Origin: Fibrobacteria bacterium | GTDB taxonomy: Bacteria > Fibrobacterota > Fibrobacteria > UBA11236 | Length of the DNA stretch: 64,000 nucleotides | Assembly (NCBI GenBank): GCA_043745805.1 | Contig: JAYTSD010000046.1 | Span: 1 to 64,000, forward strand | Direction: 5' to 3' | Part shown: in pieces, positions 26,798 to 36,604 of the stretch | Layout of the letters: each line of letters starts with the position of its first letter | How positions within the stretch are numbered: the stretch's first letter is position 1 | Position numbers and translations under genes: made by a program | Notes under the pieces: generated by a model | What the model was told of the DNA's origin: nothing | Database searches by the model: none | What the model saw: only the letters and a program-made list of their open reading frames with translations

Positions 26798-28330
26798 ATG
26801 AAAGATACACAAGAGTTTACTCGATCCGAAATTAAGGCTCAATACACTTCAAAAAAAGTCGCTGATTCTTCAATTAGCAGTGTTTTGCATACTTCTCTAA
26901 CAAACAGCCCTAAAAATCACCCTACAAAAATCAAAAGCCTAAAAAATTATCGGCAGATTTTAACCGGAATACAATTAGCCGCCGATGCAGTGACCGTGGT
27001 GGTTAGTTTTTTTGCGGCTTATGCCTTGTGGAATTGGCTAGGACCCGTGATTGCGGTTGATTTATACGAAAAAGAAGCTTTCAGTAGATATATTCCATTG
27101 CTGATTTGCTCAGTTATAACCATCATCATTGGTTTTGAAGTGCATGGTCTTTATCAGCCGCAGCGCAGCTTGATGAATGTTCGTGAATTTGAATTGATTT
27201 TAAAAACTTGGCTTAAAGCCTGTGCCGTAACCTTAGGGATACTTTTCTTAAGTCAGCAGGTTTATGTGAGTCGTGGTATTTTTGTTTTAACTTGGACCTC
27301 GTTATTATTTTTTTTGGTACTTGAACGCTATGCTTTTTTCAAATTCAATAATTTACTGCATCGCCACGGCTTTGTAGAGCACACTGCCCTCGTGTATGGC
27401 GCGGGTGTAGTGGGCCGCAAGCTCATTGAAAAATTTAAACAAAGTCCTAAGCTGGGCGTGCATGTAGCAGGTTATATCGACGACAATACTTCTTTACGAG
27501 GTAAACAACTCGATGGTGTGGATGTACTAGGTGATTTTACCCATTTGCGGGAAATGATTCGGCTCACAGGTGCCAAAAAACTTTTTATCGCTTTGCCTCA
27601 AGTGCCGTCCAAAGTGGTGATCGACATTATGAATGTTTGTCGGGAAACTGATTGTGATTTTCAAATTGTGCCTTCTCTATATGATATTGTGATTCAACGC
27701 GTGAAGGTCACGGAATTAGAAGGCATTCCATTAATTGGTGTGGCCGAACCTAAATACTCGCTTAAAACCATGTTTGCTAAACGCATATTTGATATTGCTG
27801 GCGCTTCATTTTTACTCTTAATCTTTAGTCCTGTGATGATATCCTTAAGCCTAGCGGTAAAGCTTTCCAGTAAGGGCCCTATGTTTTTTATGCAAAAACG
27901 CGTAGGAAAAAATGGCAAGAAATTTTTGTTTTTCAAATTCCGATCCATGTTTGTTGATGCACCTGTCTACGGTATCACGCCTAAGAATGGGAAAGATCCT
28001 CGCATTACCCCTATCGGAAGATTTTTGCGTCGCAGCTCTTTAGATGAATTGCCTCAATTATGGAATGTATTAAAAGGGGATATGAGCCTAGTGGGACCGC
28101 GTCCTGAAATGCCATTCATTGTAGAAAAGTATAATGACTTGCATCGCCAACGTCTTAATGTAAAGCCTGGTATCACGGGTTTGTGGCAGATTAGTGCCGA
28201 TCGCAAAAATGCCATCCATGAAAATATGGACTATGATATTTATTATATCAATAATCAAAGCTTCTTGCTGGATTTGGTGATTTTATTGCGCACTCTTTTG
28301 AGCTGCGTTAAAGGAGTAGGTGCTTACTAA
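26798..28330 (+). CDS. Polyprenyl-phosphate glycosylphosphotransferase (WcaJ/WbaP-like sugar transferase)
   Basis: KRIFDI, FKFRSM, DPRITPIGRFLRRSSLDELPQLWNVLKGDMSLVGPRP, KPGITGLWQ. Confidence 0.93.
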   Translation: MKDTQEFTRSEIKAQYTSKKVADSSISSVLHTSLTNSPKNHPTKIKSLKNYRQILTGIQLAADAVTVVVSFFAAYALWNWLGPVIAVDLYEKEAFSRYIPLLICSVITIIIGFEVHGLYQPQRSLMNVREFELILKTWLKACAVTLGILFLSQQVYVSRGIFVLTWTSLLFFLVLERYAFFKFNNLLHRHGFVEHTALVYGAGVVGRKLIEKFKQSPKLGVHVAGYIDDNTSLRGKQLDGVDVLGDFTHLREMIRLTGAKKLFIALPQVPSKVVIDIMNVCRETDCDFQIVPSLYDIVIQRVKVTELEGIPLIGVAEPKYSLKTMFAKRIFDIAGASFLLLIFSPVMISLSLAVKLSSKGPMFFMQKRVGKNGKKFLFFKFRSMFVDAPVYGITPKNGKDPRITPIGRFLRRSSLDELPQLWNVLKGDMSLVGPRPEMPFIVEKYNDLHRQRLNVKPGITGLWQISADRKNAIHENMDYDIYYINNQSFLLDLVILLRTLLSCVKGVGAY

Positions 28331-28409
28331 TATTTAAAGCACCTTATTTTGCTCCTTCTTATTAAATCTCGTTAAGCTTTTGCTTAGTCCTTTATAACGC
28401 CTCTATAAT

Positions 28410-29588
28410 TTATAACTCATAGCGCCATTCACCCAAATCACTTTTCACAAACAAAGTATTTTTGCTTTGAGCTTTTTCGGTATGGCCAATAATTTGCGCA
28501 GGAATATTAAAACTTTGGGAAATGGCAACAATAGTAGCGGCGATTTCCGGTTCACAAATGATTTCCATGCGATGCCCCATATTTAAAGAGCGATACATTT
28601 CTTGAGGCGCGATATTTCCCGTTTCTACTAATAACTGGAATATGGGCGGACGTGTAAAAAGATTATCCTTAATATAATGAATGCCTTGACCAAAACGCAA
28701 GCATTTGGTTTGCCCGCCTCCGGTATTGTGGAATATGGCAGCCAATGCATCGCGACATTCCGCAAGTATTTTTTTTAGAATCGGTGCATACGTGCGCGTT
28801 GGCGAAAGTAAAGCTTGCCCAATATTCAAAGTAGAATGGGGTACGCTATCCGCAAATTTAAATTTTCCTGTATAGGCTAAGGCCGCAATTTCCGGTGCAT
28901 AAATTTCTGGATACTTTTCTTTATAGTAGGAAGATAAAATTTCATGACGCAGAGTAGTATATCCATTACTTCCTAGGCCAGAGTTTTCTTGGCTTTCATA
29001 AGTGGCTTGACCGCCGGAATAAAGGCCAACAATAGATAAACCTGGTCGGATTTTTTCACCAGTTAAAATATTTGCACGTTTTTCTCGCACGGTTAAAGTA
29101 GAGTCAACTATGAGTGTGCGTACTATATCGCCCACATCGGCGGTTTCGCCACCTGCGCTTACAATGTCAATATCATGCTTTGCTAAATCAGCAATACAGT
29201 CACGGTAACCGGCAATGATTTCGGCAATCACTTCGCCCGGAATTAATTTAGCATTGCGCCCAATGGTATTCGAAAGTAAAAAGGGACCTTGCGCACCGAC
29301 ACAAAAGATATCGTCGATATTCATGATTAAAGAGTCTTGCGCTAAACCTCTAAACACCGAGGCATCACCAGTTTCACGATAATGCACATAAGCCAAAAGG
29401 CTTTTGGTACCTGCTCCATCGGCATGTACGATTAAGCAATGTTCAGGCGATTGTGTTAAAGTATCAGGAAGGACTTTACAAAAGGCACCAGGATAAAGTC
29501 CTTGATTTTCATGGCTAATGGCTTTATGCACATCAGCTTTGTCGGCGGAAGCACCGCGATCTTCATAGCGTATAGATTTTGTTGTCAT
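28410..29588 (-). CDS. purM: Phosphoribosylformylglycinamidine cyclo-ligase (AIR synthase)
   Basis: HADGAGTKS, GGETADVGD, GSNG, HNTGGGQTK, NMGHRME (Bacteroidota-type). Confidence 0.9.
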   Translation of the reverse strand: MTTKSIRYEDRGASADKADVHKAISHENQGLYPGAFCKVLPDTLTQSPEHCLIVHADGAGTKSLLAYVHYRETGDASVFRGLAQDSLIMNIDDIFCVGAQGPFLLSNTIGRNAKLIPGEVIAEIIAGYRDCIADLAKHDIDIVSAGGETADVGDIVRTLIVDSTLTVREKRANILTGEKIRPGLSIVGLYSGGQATYESQENSGLGSNGYTTLRHEILSSYYKEKYPEIYAPEIAALAYTGKFKFADSVPHSTLNIGQALLSPTRTYAPILKKILAECRDALAAIFHNTGGGQTKCLRFGQGIHYIKDNLFTRPPIFQLLVETGNIAPQEMYRSLNMGHRMEIICEPEIAATIVAISQSFNIPAQIIGHTEKAQSKNTLFVKSDLGEWRYEL

Positions 29589-29646
29589 TGATCGGAAAAG
29601 GTAAAAAGAATATTCTTTTTGTATTCCCTCGCCAGCAAGAAAACCT

Positions 29647-30297
29647 TTAGACTTTTACCGACGATTTTTTCTTTCGACCGTTCAAGAAACCGATTAGGGC
29701 TGGCAATAGCGAAACCCCTATAATACCTAAAATTACCACGGAAAAATTAGCCTTCACAAAAGGGATATTTCCAAACGAATAGCCTGCAGCAATACATAAA
29801 CCCACCCATAAAAAAGAACCCGGTATACTGAAAGCTAAAAAGCGTGTATAGGGCATTTTCCCTAATCCGGCTACAAAAGGTGAAAAGGTACGGACTATCG
29901 GAATAAAGCGCGCAAGGATAATAGTTTTGCCGCCATATTCGGTATAAAAGGCTTGTGTTTTATCAATATGCTCGGGCTTAAGAAAGCGCGATCCGCGAGT
30001 GAATAATTTTTGGCCAGTGGTACGTCCTACCCAGTAATTTACCGTGTCTCCAAGAATGGAGGCTACACTGATAAGAAAAAACAATCCCCAAAAGTTTAGG
30101 GCTCCTAAGGCTGCCAATGCACCCGCAGCAAAAAGTAGGGAATCACCAGGTAATACCGGTGTTACTATTAATCCAGTTTCACAAAATACAATTAAGAAAA
30201 GTAAAGCATAAGTCCATACGCCATATTGTTGCACGGCTTCGGATAAATGTTTGTCTAAATGTAAAAAGAGGTCGATGAGAAAATGCAGTACGCTCAC
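29647..30297 (-). CDS. dedA: DedA family membrane protein
   Basis: FCETGL..LPGDSLLF, ARFIPIVRTFSPFVAG. Confidence 0.93.
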   Translation of the reverse strand: MSVLHFLIDLFLHLDKHLSEAVQQYGVWTYALLFLIVFCETGLIVTPVLPGDSLLFAAGALAALGALNFWGLFFLISVASILGDTVNYWVGRTTGQKLFTRGSRFLKPEHIDKTQAFYTEYGGKTIILARFIPIVRTFSPFVAGLGKMPYTRFLAFSIPGSFLWVGLCIAAGYSFGNIPFVKANFSVVILGIIGVSLLPALIGFLNGRKKKSSVKV

Positions 30298-31385
30298 AAG
30301 GCTCCAAGGCTGAGTAGTTCTTTTTTGATTTCTTCCATAACATTAACAATTCCATGACTGACTTTGCTATCCCTCATTTTAGCGCGAAATTTTTCTTGAT
30401 CGCTTTGCAAAAGGGATAATTTTTGCGAGAGTAATTCCGGATGTGCTTGCAACTCTTCTTCAGATAATACAAGGCTAAAACCTTCTTTTTCAAAAGCTTC
30501 GGCATTGAGGATTTGATCGCCACGCGAAACTGCGCGCGACAGAGGAATTAATAAATGGGGAATCCTTAAGGCTAATAATTCAAATAAAGCATTGGCTCCG
30601 GCCCGTGACAAAACAAAATCGGTAATCGCTAATAAATGGGGAAGTTCCTCTTGCACAAAAGCAAATTGTTGATATTGATTCGGTTTTTGGAGAGTATCAT
30701 CTACGTTACCTTTGCCGCAGAGATGAATGATACGAAAAGATTTTGCTAAAGTTGCGAGCTGGCCCCGAAGCGCTGCATTAACTGCCTTGGAGCCAGAGCT
30801 TCCGCCCATTACTAAAAGCACCGGTAAATCAGGCTTAGCCAAAAATCCAGTTAATAAAAAACCTTGGGCACGATCGCCCTCCATTAATTGCGCGCGCACT
30901 GGTGATCCGGTAAGCACGGCTTTTTTAACGGGTAAATATTTTAAGGTTTGTGAAAAGCAGACGCAAATTTTTTGCGCAAAGGGAGCGCAAATGCGATTCG
31001 CCAGTCCAGGCGTGAGATCGCTTTCATGCAGTATCACTGGAATGCCACGTAAATGGCCGCCAATAACTACGGGCACTGAAACAAAACCGCCTTTTGAAAA
31101 AATCAAATCGGGGCGAATTTTTCCGAGTAATCGCCAAGCTTGCCATAAACCTAAAGGGATGCGAAAAAGATCCAGAAAATTTTGCAAATCCACATAGCGA
31201 CGTAGTTTACCTGTAGCGATGGCATGATATGGTAATACTGCTTGTTCCGCTAAATCCTTTTCCATACCGCGCACTGAACCGATATACTCGACCTTTACAC
31301 CGAGTTGTTGCAAGGCTGGGAGTAAAGCCAAATTGGGCATGACATGACCAGCGGTTCCGCCTCCAGTAAAAACAAGTTTTGGCAA
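30294..31385 (-). CDS. murG: MurG glycosyltransferase
   Basis: TGGGTAGHV, KGGFVSVP, HESD..PGLAN, GGSSGS, SRAGAN, DQILNA. Confidence 0.95.
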   Translation of the reverse strand: MPKLVFTGGGTAGHVMPNLALLPALQQLGVKVEYIGSVRGMEKDLAEQAVLPYHAIATGKLRRYVDLQNFLDLFRIPLGLWQAWRLLGKIRPDLIFSKGGFVSVPVVIGGHLRGIPVILHESDLTPGLANRICAPFAQKICVCFSQTLKYLPVKKAVLTGSPVRAQLMEGDRAQGFLLTGFLAKPDLPVLLVMGGSSGSKAVNAALRGQLATLAKSFRIIHLCGKGNVDDTLQKPNQYQQFAFVQEELPHLLAITDFVLSRAGANALFELLALRIPHLLIPLSRAVSRGDQILNAEAFEKEGFSLVLSEEELQAHPELLSQKLSLLQSDQEKFRAKMRDSKVSHGIVNVMEEIKKELLSLGAL

Positions 31386-31495
31386 AGCTTCCTCCAGCTT
31401 TCTTTGAGTTTTCCTTAGATCTATTTAAAGGTAAAAAATGGCCTTGATTTGCGGGGTGGAAAACGTCTCCATGGCATTGGTACAATGCAAGTACT

Positions 31496-32905
31496 ATGAC
31501 TTTGCCTGCTCCTTGGAATGTGGTTGAAAAAACCATTGCTGCGACTCAAGATTATTCGGTTGGGGCCCAAAGGCTTGCAGATTTTTTTAAAGGCACGGAA
31601 GAGCGAGTCGATCCTGATCAATTGATATTCATTTTGCAGCAAAGTAAACCTAGTTCCAAATGGATGGAGCGTTTTTTCTTTTCGCTTTTAGATGTAGGGG
31701 TTTCGGATCGACAAGTGGGCATGCGTGCTTTGGGTTTGCGTCGTTTGAAACGATTAGTAATGCGTATCGAAACCGGTGTTTCGGTACAAAAAAATGAACT
31801 TGAATTAGCCGATAAGCTACGCGAAGGCATACAATTAGGGGACTGGAATGATTTTTATACAGTGGCCATAGAGGCGCGAGAACATTTTTCCACTTTAATG
31901 GCTGGACAAACCTTGGAGCATACTTTGCGACAAAAGTTGGCGCTCTTAGTGCGTTGCGAAGCTTTAGCTTTGCAAGAGCGAGTGAATTGGCTTTCCGAAA
32001 ATGTGGATCCGTATAATATGAAGACAATGGCGAGAGTATTACCGAGGTTACGTATCTATGATGAGGAAGTTCATGAAGGTCGGGTCTTAGCGGATCGCTT
32101 GGACAATGGAGAACAAATAGGCGTATGCATGTTGAGTTTTGAATATCAAATGAAAACTTCGGCCTATGAAAAATGGTTTAAAAAAATTGGTAAAACCGGC
32201 GAATTGCAAAGACTACAAAATGTACTCACTCTGCAAAGAGAGAAAAAACTTCCTACCCTTGATTTGGTGGCCTTAGCCAGTGTTTGTCGTTGGGTACGAG
32301 AAGCGAAAGACGATAAATCCATTCCTTTGGATTGGCTGGAAATGGCTTTGCAAAGTTATCATGAGGGCGATTTTTCCGTGGAAGCGGGCGAGTCTGCTAA
32401 AGCATTAGGCCCTGCTATGGCTTCGGCAGGGGCAAAAGTTTTTGGTTCGCGTATTACCGGTAACTTCCATGTTAAGTCTTATCCGGATTGGGTGGGGCGT
32501 GATTTACTTACTCGCTCCTTTCAAAAGGTGATGGATGATGGATTACTCGATCCTAAGGCCTTAGTCACTCAAAACATGTTACGGGATTCGGTTTTGGAAG
32601 CTTTGCTTAATAACCCTAAAATCAATCAAGCCCCCGGATTAGTAGGGTTTGTAGCCACTATGTGTCGTTCCCTTAGTGTACTTTCAAAAATAGCGAAGGA
32701 TCGGCAATTGCATTCAGGCTTTGCTAACCGTGATGTCCCTTTAGCTTTAATTTCTAATCCCTGTAATATACCCATGTCCTTGTTACATGGGTTTATTAAT
32801 ACACGATATGTCAGTATGCTAGATTTACGGCGTATAGAAAAAACTAAAACGGGTATTCGCCGCGAAGTAAGAGAGGAAATCACCCATTTTTTAAAAACGC
32901 TTTAA
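31496..32905 (+). CDS. Hypothetical helical protein
   Basis: 469-aa ORF divergent from murG; C-terminal NPK/NPC helical-repeat-like segments. Confidence 0.6.
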   Translation: MTLPAPWNVVEKTIAATQDYSVGAQRLADFFKGTEERVDPDQLIFILQQSKPSSKWMERFFFSLLDVGVSDRQVGMRALGLRRLKRLVMRIETGVSVQKNELELADKLREGIQLGDWNDFYTVAIEAREHFSTLMAGQTLEHTLRQKLALLVRCEALALQERVNWLSENVDPYNMKTMARVLPRLRIYDEEVHEGRVLADRLDNGEQIGVCMLSFEYQMKTSAYEKWFKKIGKTGELQRLQNVLTLQREKKLPTLDLVALASVCRWVREAKDDKSIPLDWLEMALQSYHEGDFSVEAGESAKALGPAMASAGAKVFGSRITGNFHVKSYPDWVGRDLLTRSFQKVMDDGLLDPKALVTQNMLRDSVLEALLNNPKINQAPGLVGFVATMCRSLSVLSKIAKDRQLHSGFANRDVPLALISNPCNIPMSLLHGFINTRYVSMLDLRRIEKTKTGIRREVREEITHFLKTL

Positions 32906-32912
32906 TTTTTTT

Positions 32913-34013
32913 TTAGACTTTAGGTAAAGCAAAATTGCCTCCTGTAACATAAATGGTACGGGTAGGGTAAGCGAACTTTATTCCGCGCGTGTTACATTCT
33001 TCAATTAAAATCAAATTAATTTCTTGTTGAATATCCATAAAACGATTGTAGGCAGGTACGGTTACAAAATAAACAACTTCAAAATTTAAGCTAGAGTCGC
33101 CAAATCCGGTAAAATGTGCACGATCAAAATTTGTATCAGCAATATTTTCAATTACGGCCTGAATAAGTTTGGGCATTTCTTTAAGGGCCGATAAAGGTGT
33201 ATCGTAGGTTAAGCCAAAGGTGAATAAGGCTCGGCGTTTTTGCAAGCGTTTAAAATTTTGTACTCGTGAATCGGTTAAATTCTTATTGGAAAAAATAATC
33301 TCCTCTCCGCTCATGCTTCGCACTCGCGTGGTTTTGAGGCCGATATGTTCTACTTCACCAATAAAAGCATCTACTTTAATGGTATCCCCTACCACGAAAG
33401 GTCTATCGAAAAATATCACAAAATGACTAAAGAGATCACCTAATAATGTTTGTGCCGCTAGAGCCACCGCAATGCCGGTAATGCCCATACCGGCTACAAA
33501 GGCAGAGACCTTTACCCCTAAATTATCTAGTAAAAGTATGCCGCCAATAATCCACACAATAATTTTAATGGTGGTGATAATCCCATTCAGATTTTTAGCA
33601 TGACTTAAATCATTTTCTTTATCCTGCGATAGCCAAAATTGTTGTAAAGCATAATGCACTCCGGCCATGACACTGCGAATACCCAAAAAAGTGATAGTGA
33701 TAGTCACTAGTATGCTTGCTGCATGATGAATCATAGGCTTCACATTTAATCCGCGTAAACTGAACTGCAATACTAGTACATAAAAAACGGGCAAAGCATT
33801 TTTTTCAATGAGAGACACGAGAAAATCATCAAAAGTGGTATCGGTTTTACGCGACCATTTTTTTAATGTGCGCACAACGATGCGCTCAAAAATTTTAACA
33901 GCCACTAAGCCTAAAGATACAGAGATCAAAAACACAGTATAATCACGCAAGGAATTCCCTAACCATTGGGCGGCCATAATATTTTTGCTTTCAAGCATTA
34001 AACTATCAACCAT
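32913..34013 (-). CDS. MscS family mechanosensitive channel
   Basis: GITGIAVALAAQ, DRPFVVGD, GEVEHIGLKTT, FGDSSLNFEV, IKFAYPT. Confidence 0.93.
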   Translation of the reverse strand: MVDSLMLESKNIMAAQWLGNSLRDYTVFLISVSLGLVAVKIFERIVVRTLKKWSRKTDTTFDDFLVSLIEKNALPVFYVLVLQFSLRGLNVKPMIHHAASILVTITITFLGIRSVMAGVHYALQQFWLSQDKENDLSHAKNLNGIITTIKIIVWIIGGILLLDNLGVKVSAFVAGMGITGIAVALAAQTLLGDLFSHFVIFFDRPFVVGDTIKVDAFIGEVEHIGLKTTRVRSMSGEEIIFSNKNLTDSRVQNFKRLQKRRALFTFGLTYDTPLSALKEMPKLIQAVIENIADTNFDRAHFTGFGDSSLNFEVVYFVTVPAYNRFMDIQQEINLILIEECNTRGIKFAYPTRTIYVTGGNFALPKV

Positions 34014-34105
34014 AACTTTCCTAACTTTCTTTCATCAAAGAGCCTGTGATGAGGCTTACTGAAGTTTCCCACAAAATATACTTTTGCAAAGGATAACAAT
34101 ATGTA

Positions 34106-34828
34106 ATGAAGGGGTGTTTTTTGGATAGTTTAGCGCTCGGATCCATGGGAAGTGATGCTTCGGTTTGGATTGCCTTTTTAAAAATACTTTTTATCGATAT
34201 TGTTTTATCCGGCGACAATGCGGTAGTTATTGCCATGGCTGTGCGTTCCTTAGCTCCTAAGCAAAGGCGCAAAGGGATTTTATTTGGCGCTGGAGCAGCG
34301 GTATTGCTCCGCTTGGTTTTAACAGGATTTGCCACTTGGTTATTACACGTTCCCTTAATAAAATTTTTCGGTGGTTTTTTAATATTGTGGATCGCAGTAA
34401 AATTGTTGCGGGAAGAAAGTTTTGAAGAAGGCCATGGCAAGCATGCGGAAACTATTTGGCATGCGGTATGGATGATTTTGATTGCAGACATTACTATGTC
34501 GGTAGATAATATTTTAGCCATTGCCGGTGCGGCGAATGGCAATTTCTTTTTGCTTTTACTGGGTTTAGGCTTAAGTATTCCACTAGTATTGTTTACCTCC
34601 AATCTATTAGCAAATTTAATGGCCAAGTTTCCCGCTATTGTTTTTGTAGGCGCAGGCATATTGGCGCATGTGGGCAGTGAAATGATCTTTTCAGATCCTT
34701 GGGTGGAAAAATATTTGCAACCATCGAAAACTTTATTGCATTCTTGGATGGCTCTGTGTATTGGTGGGGTTTTAATTTCGGGTTGGCAATTTAAGCAAAA
34801 GCAAAAAAAGCGAATTCGCGAGACGTAA
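34106..34828 (+). CDS. TerC family (YjbE-like) membrane protein
   Basis: IDIVLSGDNAVVIA, ADITMSVDNILAIAGA; start may be TTG at 34121. Confidence 0.92.
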   Translation: MKGCFLDSLALGSMGSDASVWIAFLKILFIDIVLSGDNAVVIAMAVRSLAPKQRRKGILFGAGAAVLLRLVLTGFATWLLHVPLIKFFGGFLILWIAVKLLREESFEEGHGKHAETIWHAVWMILIADITMSVDNILAIAGAANGNFFLLLLGLGLSIPLVLFTSNLLANLMAKFPAIVFVGAGILAHVGSEMIFSDPWVEKYLQPSKTLLHSWMALCIGGVLISGWQFKQKQKKRIRET

Positions 34829-34889
34829 AGATTTTGCTATTAGTATAATGGAATTATGTAAATCGATGGTTTGATTCGGATTTGCCCAG

Positions 34890-34911
34890 AATTTTCGTGG
34901 TAAATATTCCC
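34890..34911 (+). promoter_or_regulatory. Upstream motif shared by the two tandem paralogs (copy 1)
   Basis: aattttcgtggtaaatattccc, near-identical to 36391-36413. Confidence 0.5.
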
Positions 34912-35069
34912 ATTTTCTTTTATTTTAAACACCAAACGACTTTTCATTACTAAATATTTGTATTTCAAAAGCATTTTTTAGTTTCCTCGGCAATATTAAT
35001 TAGATTTTTCCGCTGCAAAAGGATGTGAGCCTGCTCATAGTGCCTTTCAAATAAAATCGATCATTAATC

Positions 35070-36290
35070 ATGGAGATATATATGGGGTTTAATAAAATAT
35101 TAAGCAGCTTGATTGTTGCTGGAAGTGTTTGCTTTGCGAGTGCGCAAACGGCAGTTAATGTAACGGGTACAGTACTCGATACAAGAAATAATGCGAAAAT
35201 TGCTGGTGCGGTTGTTCGTTTGGCATTTAATCCTGCGATAACAGCGACTACCGATGCGAATGGCGCCTTCACTTTGACTGGCACTACTGCAATTAACCGT
35301 AAAAATACTAATTCAAAATCGGGCTTTGACATTTCATTAGTTGGAACAGAAATTAATTTGTCGGTAAACGGTAATGAAAAATTAGTTAACGTCGATCTAT
35401 ATACTTTAAACAATAAATTTGTTAAAAATGTTTTTAACAAAAATCTTGTTTCGGGCGAATATAAACTGAATACAAATATTTCGAATTTGAGTGCAGGATT
35501 ATATTTCGTTCATGCTAAAATTGGTAACGAAATGCGTGTTTTAAAGATGTCGACATTGAATAATTCTGCAAACGCATCCGGTTTTGTTAAAATTAATTCA
35601 AAAAAATCAGTGGCTGCAAAAATCAATGTAGATGCGGTAGATTCGGTAGTTATAATGAAAACGGGGTATAAAAGAAAATCTTTACAATTGTTAGCCTATA
35701 CAGGAACAAAGACAGCATTCATTGATACCATTTTCCCGATATTTAAATTATGGGCTTCGGATAGAAAAGCACCCAGTATGCAAAATTGGGGTAAAGGTGA
35801 TGGACAAGTAGATGTCGCTATTTTTGATTATATCGATGCAACACATTTAACCTTGCCAGTATCCTCTACGGATAAAGTGGAAGGCAAAGATGCATCTAAA
35901 ATAAATTTCAATACTGGATCGGCTTATTCAGCATGGGGCGCAATCGTAAATGGAACAACGGTGGGCGTGGATCTTTCTGAATATACAAACGGCTCAATAC
36001 AATTTTATATTAAAGGCGATGTCCCCAATGTCAGCGTAGCAGTAGGCTCAGTTGGCGGTCTTGGTGGAAATGCTGATGTAACAGCCTATGGTTATCTCCC
36101 AGATGGCGCTTGGCATAATATTGTTATTCCGATGTCAGTGTTTGCAGCAGATATGAGTCAAGTGAATAAATTTTTCGGTTTCGGAACTCCAGGTCCAACC
36201 GACACTTTTGCCTATGATTTCACACAATATTATATTTTGGATGATGTGCTTTTCAGCACTGGATTGACTAAAGTAACTCCAGCACCATAG
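35070..36290 (+). CDS. Secreted protein: carboxypeptidase-regulatory-like domain, internal CTD-like module, C-terminal galactose-binding-like (CBM-like) domain
   Basis: Signal peptide; VTGTV..IAGA.V..TDANGAF; LSAGLYFV; VDLSEY..IQFYIK..DGAWHNIVIP..YILDDV. Confidence 0.7.
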   Translation: MEIYMGFNKILSSLIVAGSVCFASAQTAVNVTGTVLDTRNNAKIAGAVVRLAFNPAITATTDANGAFTLTGTTAINRKNTNSKSGFDISLVGTEINLSVNGNEKLVNVDLYTLNNKFVKNVFNKNLVSGEYKLNTNISNLSAGLYFVHAKIGNEMRVLKMSTLNNSANASGFVKINSKKSVAAKINVDAVDSVVIMKTGYKRKSLQLLAYTGTKTAFIDTIFPIFKLWASDRKAPSMQNWGKGDGQVDVAIFDYIDATHLTLPVSSTDKVEGKDASKINFNTGSAYSAWGAIVNGTTVGVDLSEYTNGSIQFYIKGDVPNVSVAVGSVGGLGGNADVTAYGYLPDGAWHNIVIPMSVFAADMSQVNKFFGFGTPGPTDTFAYDFTQYYILDDVLFSTGLTKVTPAP

Positions 36291-36311
36291 TTTTTTCAAA
36301 GCTAATTTTAT

Positions 36312-36340
36312 GGCAGGGTGTTAGCCCTGCCTTTTTTATT
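36312..36340 (+). terminator. Intrinsic terminator
   Basis: ggcaggg-tgttag-ccctgcc-tttttt. Confidence 0.8.
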
Positions 36341-36390
36341 TAATCGAGTATTTTAACACAAACAGATACCCATTCACAAATGATTAGTTA

Positions 36391-36413
36391 AATTTTTCGT
36401 GGTATATTTTCCC
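36391..36413 (+). promoter_or_regulatory. Upstream motif shared by the two tandem paralogs (copy 2)
   Basis: aatttttcgtggtatattttccc. Confidence 0.5.
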
Positions 36414-36604
36414 GATTAATATCGCATTAATGAAATTGTTACTATGGGGATAATGCAAAAGTGATTTTGGTATGCAAACTTTTCGCATTTCGTACAAATA
36501 AATTGTTAACTTTTCCACCCTGAAAGAAACTTTTTTGAGTTTAAGTACTTAAAAGAGTTTTTCGTTATAAATTCATTTTGGGATTCATTTTAAGGGAGTA
36601 ACAT

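Noticed and set aside
34021..34659. 212-aa minus-strand ORF
   Set aside because: Antisense shadow of the TerC-family gene.
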